From NCBI GenBank assembly GCA_051362555.1, contig CM120645.1, positions 11,718,001 through 11,782,000 of the forward strand: DNA of 64,000 bases, written 5' to 3'. The notes beneath the pieces are model-generated. The model made no database searches and was not told the DNA's origin. It saw nothing but the letters and a program-made list of their open reading frames with translations. The position numbers and the translations under genes were made by a program. This document shows positions 14,071 to 26,300 of the stretch, one piece after another; the first letter of the stretch is position 1; each line of letters starts with the position of its first letter. This DNA is from Lingula anatina. Taxonomy: Eukaryota; Animalia; Brachiopoda.

Positions 14071-14246
14071 GTAAATATTAGGATTAGTTTGATCAATCTT
14101 ATTTATTTATTCACGAAACGCATTTCTTCAGACGTATATAGTATATAAAGGTGGCAATTCGCTATTTAAGCGTTATATGCTTACCTTCTGAAAACCATAA
14201 ACAAAATACAGCTAATAACAAATAAATTATTATGGGGAAAATATTC

Positions 14247-14307
<61 letters not shown>

Positions 14308-17300
14308 CATTTCTCCATGATTTTTTTCCTGCTGAAAAAAGGACAATATCCCACAAAACAAAATTGTTACCCTTGTTGAAGGCAGCAGCGCCGTCTACAG
14401 GAGATAATTACAGTACGCAGTAAACACACACTTACAGACTTACAGACACGTGACCTTTAACGAGCACACCCTAATGCCACCCTGAGCTTCAGAGCTAACT
14501 TGACACTAACCTTTTCACTGTAGCCTATCTCCATCGTGTCAAGTAACCTCTGACGAAAATAGTTTGACCTAGTTTATATAAGCCAATCAAATCCATGTTT
14601 CAAAATTTTTCACCAAAGTTTGGTGAAAACGCTGATTGGTTGACCGTCAATCGGCAATCCTCGGCTGATTCCGCAAGCTCCATACTAACAACATAGTTAT
14701 TGTCGAGTGCGGAGACATCCGAGTAGTTCCGAGTGTATTACCGTACACAAAGAAAGCAAGGCGAGTGACTACGAAAAAGAATGTGTTAAGTTATCTCTTG
14801 ATTCTTTGCAAAATATGAGTAAATCGGAATTGAAACCATAGGGTCTAGCAGTTTGAGGCCCTGCATCATTATCTACTGAGAGACGATGTAATTTGCGTGC
14901 TGCCCACAGGTTACGGCAAGTCCCTGATATTCAGCCTTATCTTTGATTGGTCCGGATTTGAACAAAGCGCGCTTTGACTCGTTCGCGTTCATTGGCTAGA
15001 TCGTTTAATGAGTCATTGAGTGCGGGCTTTTAAATTTGATTGGCGGGCGGCGGAGGCAATCGAATCTGGTCAGAGGTTACTTGACACGATGAAGATAGGC
15101 TACAGTGAAGAGGTTAGTGTCAAGTTAGCTCTGAAGCTCAGGGTGCCTAATGCTAAATGTGTGTAAATTTGGTGACATTTGTTGGTGTCTTTTCAATTTA
15201 ATGGACATTTCTTTATCTCTGTGGAAATGACATCGAAACGTCAGATTTTAGGGGGTACATGTAATAAATGTAAATAACTGGGATTAAATACTAATATCTT
15301 CACCGCTAATTGGCCGACCCACTTTAATGTTTGTTGCGTAGTCCCCGCGGGGACTTATTGTATTTAGTGTCTCTTACGAAGTTAGACGGGAAGCTCTTAA
15401 GTGGGTCGCCATATTTGATCCACTGACTAGTCAGTCCGCTGTTCTGAATGCAGCATAAGTGTTTTTGGTGTTCAAATTGATTCAGGTCAATTGGCCGTGC
15501 GATTGGTTGATGGGCCGAGAACGTGCAGGGGGCGAGTGGAGGTGCAACTAGACGGACTCAACTGGGGTACCGTGTGCGATGTTGACTGGGATGACAATGA
15601 CGCTGCTGTGGTGTGCAGAATGCTGGGCTGGCCGTGAGTAAACAATGGGGACCTAGGGGATGACACGACAATACTCTTCCAACTCCCCTCAATACACACA
15701 CCGCATAAAAACGTCGTAGACATCAAATCGAGCCAAGTCATCTTTCCCATCCCAGCGCCTGACATGATATTATATATTAACCTGTCTACCTTTTATGTTT
15801 GCAGACGGGATGGAAATAATGTAGTTAATTAGGGTGCGTTCACAATGTAACTTTCGTACTATGTAACTTAATTTAGTTCGAAGTAATTCTGAATACAGTC
15901 AGATTAACAGCTGGTGATGATATTAGAAGTTGGAAACAGGAGGAAATGGTTGTCAGCGTGGACAGGTTTGGCAAGAACTTCTTGAAAAAAAAAACTACGC
16001 AAATGATCGTCCGAATGCGGTGGCATTTTTTTTAGATTAAAATCGTTGCGTCCGTTTTTTGGTCTCTTGGTGATTCCTTATCTTTATTAAGTCGGACTAC
16101 TTTGGTTGTGGCGAATGTTCACTTGTCTGGATGACGCTGCAGACCTTCTTGTCCAAGCATTAAAATAATTCCCGAGTGTCTTTCTACAACTTGGTACCTC
16201 TAGCAAGCACATGTCTAGAAAAGCTGAAAGTCCTTGTAGGTCTCTTGTCTTCATTGTTGCGTGGATATAGCCCGAAGCTGAACTAATTAATGCTGAACGG
16301 TAGGCACATTTGAAGTAACACCCTAGTTTATGCCGAGCGCAAGTCCCTTTTAACTTTTTTACGGCCAGTTTGGTTTGGTATTAAGTGTCTACCTAGTCTA
16401 TCATATTGAATTAACCCCCACCCCCACCCCACCCCACCCCAGGCTGCACATCAGGGCCGGCTTTCACGAAACGTTTCGCAGTTTGCGCATTCGCTATGGT
16501 TTGCGCAATTGCGCTAATTTTTTTTGCGTAGCTTTCTCGAAACCATTCGCACTTTTTTTCGCTGTTAGCGCACGACGTCGTGCCTGGAAGTAAATATTGT
16601 AATCTCGAAACACTGCTCTTCGGGCCGCGGAGGCAAGAAATATAACAACAAATGCTCGTGCTCCGTGAACGTCTGCTCAGCTGACACAATGGAGGAGCCG
16701 GTAGGTTTTCCGAGAAAGCGCTGTCGTTTTTCAGACGAGGAAATAGACATCATCGTGGAGGAGGTGTCCTCCAATCCTTCACTTTTTTATCAGCTATCGA
16801 ACTCAGTTACTCAAAAATCGAAAGAGGAAATTTGGAAGAGGATAACTCAAAAGTAAGTAGACACTTTCATTTTCATACTTAAGCAAAACCCCTTAATAGT
16901 ACCCCCTGCCCCTTTTAGTTAGTAAAAAAGGGGGGGGGGGCGTCTTGCGTTGTACCCCGTGTTGCTTGTGTAATTTCGTAACAGCAAATCCCATACTAGT
17001 AATATTAATAATAATACAGCTTTAAAAGTTGAAATTTTTATTTCTGAAAATATGTTATTTTTTCCATGAAAACCGGTGAAAGTATTAAGAAGTAATTTTA
17101 ATTAAATTAAATTACATAAAATTAAATTAATTACTATGATTTATACAGGTCAAATTGTTTTGTTATTTAAATCAGGATCAACAGTGTTTCCTTGCATGTG
17201 AGGAAATTTTCCGAAGTGCGGAAAAAATGGTACGACTACTGTAGTCGTACCAAAAGGAAAGAAGTTGAGAGAAGGAAGCAGATGAGGAGGACTGGGGGAG

Positions 17301-20300
17301 GGCCAGAACCTCCCCAGCTTACAGCTAGAGAACAAAAAGTAAGTTTATAAAAAAATTATTTTCAAATTATTTTTTTAAAGTGTGTCCTGTTTCTATTATT
17401 ATTATTATTATTATATAATTTTTTTATTCTATTTTGTCTAGGTCATAGAGATCATCGGAGAAGTTGCAGTGGAAGGTGTGCAGGGGTTGGAACACAATGA
17501 TTCTCTTTGATTGAATCTGGTACTACTGATTATGATTTATTAGATTTATATCCACGTAACTATTAATTTGCATTTTTATGAAGTAGTACGTGTATATCAT
17601 AGAGTTTGATATTAATAAAATTTGAGTAAATGTTTTAATAATTGATATGTTTTTTTTTATTCAAGATCAGTGTGAGTTGAGCACAGAAATTCCATGTGAC
17701 CCAGGTAATAATAAGATAAATACCATTTATTGTTTAAAATTGCATGTTTTGAATATAAATGATATGAAGGGAATGATTTTGTCTTGAATATGAATGATTA
17801 TGTCATATAAAGGAGAAATAATGAATTTATAAGCCATATCTATTTTGTATGTTTTCTACTGTTTTCTAATGTTTTTTTTTTTTTTTTTTAATTCAGAAGA
17901 AGGCACAAGCTTTGAGACATCAAGTCCAATTTTTGGTATTCTAATATAATATAATTCTATTTCTTTTTCCTTTATGAAATGTATTTGTGTCCTTAATTAA
18001 ATCTGCTTTTATTACTTGTTGCAAATAAAAACTTCTAGAAAGTGTAAAAATTGTAAGGAAACTTTTCAGTAAAATCTAAAACAATTTTCAATTTTGATTT
18101 CTTTGTTTGCAGAAAGAGTTGAGGCATCATCCAGATCGCCATGCAGACCATCCAGAAGAACAGTGCAAAGTAAGTTAATATTGTAAATATTTACTTTTTT
18201 TTAAAAAAAGGGGTATCCTAACTTACATTTAGCTTTCAACAATCTTTTTACATTTTAGTCAACCTTTAAATTTGTTAATTATCCCTAAGTCATGAATAGA
18301 ACAAGATATAATTGAGAAAGATCCAATACTAGTGTCACGGAAAATGTATAATGTTACATTGTATTAAATTTTTAGTTTTTTTTTTTACAGGCAAGAAGAG
18401 AACAAGCACTGGTAATATTCTTCTGTGAAGACACCTAAAGGAATTGGTGTTTGCAATAGGTGAAATTATAGCAATTATAATAAAGCATACAAAGGTGTAT
18501 CAATTTGCTACAAATTTGCTGGGCTTATTCCTTAATTTAAAAGTAATATTTTTATGTCATCAGCAGTATTCTAATTATTCTGCATTCTATTATTTTTTAT
18601 TTAAATATTCTTAAATCTCTGCACATTTAATAACCATCATATATTAAAGTATATGCTCCAAACATTAACAATAAATGTTAAAATCAAACAATTTTTAAAT
18701 ATTTTAAATAAACAATTCTATTAAATATTAAGTACCTGAAGCGAGATTTTGTAACACCAAAACACTGCTCTATACAGCTTCTGGTCTTCATATGGGAAGC
18801 ATTGTATCTTTCCTCTGCCCTACTTGCTGGGTTGCCCTTTGGTGTCATCAAAAAGGGAGATAGGGCATAGCCACTATCCCCCAGCAAATAGCCCTGCGGC
18901 ATATCACCACTTAACAGCTTTTCAAACAGCATGCTGTTGTTGAAAACAAATGAGTCATGGGCACTCCCAGGCCATCTTGCTACAACATTGGTAAATCTGA
19001 AATAATTGGAAAAAAAATCACAACACTGAAAAGTACTTGGTATGTGCTAATCGCATGACATGTTGAAATGCTAAATTAAAATAAAATTAATTATTTTTAT
19101 AACATCCATAAATCATTTTCTCTTGATCAATTTCTCAGCCTTCTATAATAAAAACAAAATAAGTAATTAATACCACTTTGTTCTTATACCCAATGATGGT
19201 ACTGCAGTGGCGGATTTAGAGGGGGGTCAGGGGTCCCCCCCCTTCCCCCTGTTGAAATTAAAATTTTGACTAGATGATTCATAGTTGTAGCAAATCAATG
19301 GCATCGTTTGCCATATGAAATATCAAACATTTTATGGCACCTGCACTGAGCCCCGAACAGCACGCTAAGTGTGTGTGTGTGGGGAGGGGGGGGGGGTCAG
19401 CTTTGCATCCGAGGACCTCCCTTAAAATAATCTACCCCACCTACTAAATGTTCAAGAATAATATCTAACATTCTCCTTTATTTTGCATAATAAGTTATCG
19501 ACGTTGTAACTAGATAAAGTGATTGCGACAGTTGTGATTGCGATAGTAGCGTATGTGTAAAATGTAAACAATATAACGAAAGTAGCGCACTTACCTTAGT
19601 GTAGAATCACACACGGCTTGTACATTCAGAGCATGATAGCCCTTGCGGCAAACATATAAATTTTCATCTCTATGTGGCGCTGCTATGGGAACTAATGTTC
19701 CGTCTATCGCCCCAATGACATTTGGGAAGCCGTCGATGAGGTGAGAGCCACCCTTCACGGCTCTGACCTCGGCTTGTGTTGTGGGGAATCTGATGGTGAG
19801 GGCAGGGTCTCCGCTCTCTAAGATGGCTCCCACCACATTGTGGACTGAACAGGACACAGAGGCAGCAGAGATCCCTAGGCTGTCCCTATCACAGCCTGAA
19901 AACTACCGGTCGCAAGCACGCCAAGGCAGGCAAGAACTTGTGTGGTGGGGGAGAGTGCTTGTGACCTTGCTGTTTTACGCCGCAGCTGACCTTCAATCTT
20001 CTCCGTGAGCAACCTGATGCCCCTCTTCGACAGCCTGTACCTCCTCAGTACTCCCCTCTCTGTCTGCTCTTCTAATCACGCCGCGGCATGTAAATCCTCC
20101 TACTTTCGTTTCGCACGACAAGAAAAGCTGCAGCCATTGCGCTAGGTGAACGCCAAGTTACGCATGCGCAATTGCGCAAATTGCGAAACGTGAAAGCCGC
20201 CCCAGGTCCTCAGTTAAGGGCAATGCTTGCCTATGATATTTTTAGATGCTGATTCACCATGACGGGAAGATTTCCATATACACGTGGCCCAGAGTTGTCC

Positions 20301-23300
20301 TGGGCCGGCTTTCACGAAACGTTTCGCAATTTGTGCAATTGCACAAAGTCCCCTTTTGCGAACAGACCCTTTCACGAAGATATCTGGTTCAGGTCGGACC
20401 CTGTCGCTAAGACTTTTGGCAAGCGTACTTTGGCGTTCGCGTAGCTTTTCTTGTCGTTCGAAACGAAAATAGGCGAATTTACATGTACCCGGTGTACCTA
20501 ATTACCTTCTACAACCGAGCACAACCGACCACTACCGTCCACAAGCACTAATTACCCTCCAAACAACAGTCCACAAGCAATAAACATCGTCCACAAGCGT
20601 CCTCCCATATTAAAGAAGTGTAAAACCAGATGATAGTTAGAAATGTAACATAAGATGGTGCTTTATTGGAAAAAAAAAACGTAATGAACGCGGGTCTGTA
20701 GACGTTTTCAAGACGGTGAACCAGACACGATTGTCTCATTTGTTGCATTGAAAACCACGTAAAACGATGTTTACTATTGTATACTAGTCTTCCAAAATGA
20801 AAAAAAAAAGGAAAAAAAGGAAAAAACGTTCAAAAGTATACAGTAATAATTATCGATATAGCTAGGATGCCTTTAGATTCAACAAGCGTTCAACGGTACA
20901 GCCGAGCGTGCGGAGAACGGACTCTGCACTGAATACGGTTATTTCAATAAATAAAGTATATATAACTATCAGTCATTTTTGTCTGTCAAAATCCATGGTT
21001 TTACCCTACTCCGTTTTTAGAATAATTGAATGAAGGACGGACATAAGCATACAGAAAATTGAGATGTAAAGTAAAACAATTGTTTATTGACAATTTACGC
21101 CCGACTATGCATACCAATAGCATTAATCGGTGTTACTTTTCTGTCAAAACCTGGTTAATTTTCTAATATGTAAAAACTTTGGGACGGGAGTAAACATCAT
21201 GTTGAAATGTTGTTTATTAGCCAAAATATAACCAGGAATTTTGTAAGATGTTTCATTTAATAACTCTAGCATCACTTATGTTATTTATAGATCCAAATGT
21301 AGTGTTGGAATTTGATTAAATAGCAGTGCTCTCATATGTCATTGTGATCTTGATGAAAGGAAGAAATTAGTAATAACAATATACACTGATGCTCATAAGT
21401 TAAGCAACACCCCGATTTTTTCAAAAGTTTCTTCTATCATGATCATTATTTCATTTGTTGGTGGGATTATGCATATTTTTTTCATATTTTATAAATAACT
21501 TATTCAAGTTGAATATTTCGGTCAAAGAAATACACCACACAGCTTATTGTAATAATCAAAATGACTTTATTAACCAAACGGTACTAAAATATGCCAAACC
21601 ATGCGTCAAAAAAGTATGCTCACACAGCAAAAAGTACGTGCTGATAAAAACAGCTTATTATGAAAAAATAAAGTTCGATCATCTAAGAATTAGTTTTAAT
21701 AAAAGAAAACTGTAGATAATAGATGATTAATCGTCTATTATGCAATAAATATCGGGTGTGCTTTCCCTGGTTTTGAACAACAGCTTCACATTGTCTCCTG
21801 CAACTTGCCACCAAATTCTGCCAATCTTGCTTTGAGAGCCGGTTCCATTCTTTATTTACTGCCTGTTGGACCTCTCTAATGTTTCTAACTGAAGGTTGTC
21901 TCTCATTTATTGCCCTGTCAATCATATCCTAAGCATGCTCGATTACAATGAGAATAGGTAAATATGCAGGCCAATCCAAATGTGGGATACCGCGCTCTTG
22001 CAGCGCGTCTGGCACGGACCATGCTTTCTGGATGGGCGCATTGTCCTGCACCAAAATGATTTTTCTTTCTGGGTTTGCTTGAATGTGTGATTGTATGCAC
22101 CCAAATGGTATTTCGTCTCTGTATTGTTGATCAGGGCGCCTCCCTTGAATGACGTATGGTGGCAATTTTTCATTGTTTGGCTGAAATGAACTGGTCCTGG
22201 TGGCATAATCGAACCAGGTATCTTAATCTCTTGCTTCGGTTAATATTGGGCTACCAGAAAGAGGCTTGTTCAATACATGCTGAGTTTGGCGCCATTTTGC
22301 TACCAGCTTGTACACTTGACTTGGTGCTGCTTTTTTGTTGCATTGCAATCTGTCTCTTTGGCACCCCAGCACGATGGCTTCCCATTATTTGTCATCTGAT
22401 TACCTCGTTGAGTCCTCTTCTAACCATTGGTTGGTCCAAAATAACAAATTGTGCCCATGAAACTAGCCAAACCGGAAGCTCCTCATGGCATGGCCATACT
22501 GTGTGTTTCGCAAGTGGCACCCCCACTGCATATTCTATCGTGTCCAACAGTAAATAGTACTCTAATGTCACGGTCCAGTAAGTCAAAGTAAAAACAAGAG
22601 AAATATCTAGCTATTGTACAAATTTTGCCTCAATAAAAATTTTGGTTGCTGAGAAATTCGAGAAATAAGAAAGTGTTGCTTAACTTATGAGCATCAGTGT
22701 AAGTATTTAAATGAAAAGATGGGGACAGGTGTTCATAAAATCAAAGATAATGGGATAATTATAATGTTTGCAACCCAAGTGTCCGAATATTAAAAGCAAG
22801 TGCAAGTGTATCCAACACTCTAGCCATGTCTGGAAAGCAAGGTGGACCGATTATTCTCCTCTATGGAAACTCTCATATAAGGCGGTTGCGGGACGGCCAT
22901 TTGCGGGCCCCAGGTGAATTTAGACGACATATGCATCCACGTCAACCATCGCTAATTTTTATGTTTAATAAGACGCCTTTACTTTTTATGTATTTTTGAA
23001 ATATTTTTATATATTGACCCAGCAGAGCATTATGTTGGTTTCTATACAGAGTATGTCGGTATCTCAAAGCGATAAGACTCTACATGCAAAATGATAAAAC
23101 GACTTTGTAAAAAATAATTTTCTCTCAAATGTTGAAAGTGACGATCTCGAAATGATGTTAGCACCTCGCAAAAATGTTTTTTCTTGTCAAAATGATGAAA
23201 GTGACGATCTCAAAATGATGTTAGCACCTCGCAATTTTTTTTCTTGTCAAAACGATGAAAGTGACGATCTCAAAATGATGTTAGCACCTCCTCCCCCCCC

Positions 23301-26300
23301 CCCCAAAAAAAAAAAAAAAATCTTATCAAAATGATACTTTCATCGTTTTTGTAGGCCTACAAACGGCGTTCTATAGGCTACATCCAGGGGTCCGGAGCAC
23401 GAGCATTTGTTGTTATATTTCTTGCCTCCGCGGCCAAAAGAGTTGGGTTTTGAGATTACAATATTTACTTCCGGGCACGACGTCGTGTGCTAATAGCGAA
23501 AGAAATTGCGAATGGTTTCGAGAAAGCTACGCAAAAAAATTAGCGCAAGTGCGCAAACCATAGCGAATGCCCAAATTGCGAAACGTTTCGTGAAAGCCGG
23601 CCCTGGGCCGGCTTTCACGAAACGTTTCGCAGTTTGCGCAATTGCGCAAAGTCCCTTTTTGCGAACATACCCTTTCACGAACGTTTCGCAATGTAATTTT
23701 GCGCAAAATATTGCGCTATTTGCGCAAAATATTTGGTACAGGTCGGACCCTGTCGCTAAGACTTTTCGCAAGCGTACTTTGGCGTTTGCGTTGCTTTTCT
23801 TGTCGTTCGAAACGAAAATAGGCGAATTTACATGTACCCGGTGTACCTAATTACCGTGTACAACCGAGCACAACCGACCACTACCGTCCACAAGCACTAA
23901 TATTACCGTCCGCACAACAGTCCACAAGCAATAAATACCGTCCACAAGCGTCCTCCCATATGAAAGAAGTGTAAAATCAGATAATAGTTAGAAATGTAAC
24001 ATAAGATGATGCTTTATTGGAAAAAAAAATGTAATGAACGCGGGTCTGTAGACGTTTTCAAGACGGTGAACCAGACTCGATTGTCTCATTTGTTGCATTG
24101 AAAACCACGTAAAGCGATGTTTACTATTGTATACTAGTCTTCCAAAATGAAAAAAAGGAAAAAAAACGTTCATAAGTATACAGTAAACATCGATATAGCC
24201 AGGTTGCCTTTAGATTCAACAAGCGTTCAACGGTACAGCCGAGCGTGCGGAAAACGGACTCTGCACTGAATGCGGTTATTTCTATAAATAAAGTTTATAT
24301 AACTATCAGTTATTTTTGTCTATCAAAGTCCATGGTTTTACCCTACTCCGTTTTTAGAATAATCGAATGAAGGGCGACCATAATCATACAGAAAAATCAG
24401 ATGTGAAATAAAACAATTGTTTATTGACAATTCACGCCCGACTATGCATACCAATAGCATTAGTCGGCGTTACTTTTCTGTCAAAACCTGGTTAATTTTC
24501 TAATATGTGAAAACTTTGGGACGGGAGTAAATATCTTGTTGAAATGTTGTTTATTAGCCAAAATATAACCAGAAATTTTGTAAGATGTTTTATTTAATAA
24601 CTCTAGCATCACTTATGCTATTTATATATCCAAATGTAGTGTTGGAATTTATAGCAGTGCTCATATATGGCAGTGTTATCTTGATGAAGGAAGAAATTAG
24701 TAATAACAATATCAGTATTTAAATGAAAAGATGGGCACAGGTGTTCATAAGATCAAAGATAATGGGATAATTATAATGTTTGCAACCCAAGTTTCCGAAT
24801 AAAAGCAAGTGCAAGTGTATCCATCACTCTAACCATGTCTGGAAAGCAAGGTGGACCGATTATTCTCCTCTATGGAGACTCTCATATCAGGCGGTTGCGG
24901 GACGGCCATTTGCCAGCCCCAGGTGAATTTAGACGACATATGCATCCACGTCAACCATCACTAATTTTTATGTTTAATAAGACGCCTTTACTTTTAATGT
25001 ATTTTTGAAATATTTTTCATATATTGAGCATTATGTTGGTTTCTATACAGAGTATGTCGGTATCTCAAAACGATACGACTCGACAAGCAAAATGATAAAA
25101 CGACTTTGTAAAAAATATTTTTCTCTCAAATGTTGAAAGTGACAATCTCGAAATGATGTTAGCACCTCGCAAAATTTTTTTTTTCTTGTCAAAATGATGA
25201 AAGTGACGATCTCAAAATAATGTTAGCATCTCCCCCCCCCCCCCAAAAAAAAAAAAATCTTATCAAAATGATACTTTCATCATTTTTGTAGGCCTACAAG
25301 CGGCGTTCTATACATCCAGGGGTCCGGAGCACGAGCATTTGTTGTCATATTTCTTGCCTCCGCCGCCAAAAGAGTTGGGTTTTGAGATTACAATATTTAC
25401 TTCCGGGCACGACGTCGTGCGCTAATAGCGAAAAAAATTGCGAAAGGTTTCGAGAAAGCTACGCTAAAAAAATTAGCGCAATTGCGCAAACCATAGCGAA
25501 TGCGCAAACTGCGAAACGTTTCGTGAAAGCCGGCCCTGGTCGACAGAAAAACATTTTTTCGGCACGATAGTATCCCCAAGGCGACATACATTCCTCGCTT
25601 GATTTCTTCCCAGTAGGCTTGTTTTTATGTCCTTCTGAGGCTTGATATGATCTGCTATTTAAAACATTGCCGAGAGTGGCAGCTCTGCAGCAAATAATAA
25701 ATGTCTGGTTATTCACGTTTTTTAAACTTCGTCGCCTTTCAGCCATTCTTCTTTTTTTTTTTGTAATATTATGGGAAAAATAAGTAAATAAATAAACACA
25801 AAAATGTATATATATGTTCCTTTCATACACGCACACATGCCCACGTGCGCACAACACTCATACTTGTTCACTGCTTATATGTATGTTGTCTGTACCAGGA
25901 AGGAATAAACACCGAAGCGTTGTTAATCTTAATGTCAGATTTACACCAAAGAGGTAGTGTGCCCGGGTCACTTGCCCATTCCCTTAAAGATGCATACAAA
26001 GTCAATTTTTTGTCTCAAAAGCCGACCAAATGCCAGCATATAGTTTCAAGTAGTATAACTAAGAGAATTACCAAAAGGCATTGTTTAATTTTACCCGAAA
26101 ATGATGTTTGAACAGATTTTTCTGCAAGCATTCTATGCTGTATGTCAATGGGGCAGAAAAGTAGGTCACGAAAGTAGGTTAAATTTCCAACCAAAAAATT
26201 AAAGAAAGGAGCAGTCTAAAGCTCTTTTATGTCTGATCGAGTGATCTTTTCAGTTTATCCCTTGGCATGTTGAATTTATTTGAGGCGTATAAGAAACTAG

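Larger units (their letters stand above)
16455..20202. mobile_element. Harbinger/PIF transposon, internally deleted autonomous-type copy with CAG TSD
   Basis: CAG|GGCCGGCTTTCACGAAACGTTTCGCA ... TTGCGAAACG-----TGAAAGCCGCCC|CAG. Contains convergent Myb/SANT-like and DDE transposase genes, the canonical two-gene Harbinger layout. Confidence 0.9.

Noticed and set aside
16021-16330. Minus-strand fragment [13 protein letters not shown] resembling a LINE ORF1
   Set aside because: Too short and frameshifted to support a call without a search.
25560-25747. KNKPTGKK similarity to the LINE A ORF1 start (KNKPTGEK)
   Set aside because: Only a short match with no continuing homology; possible third LINE remnant, but unsupported.
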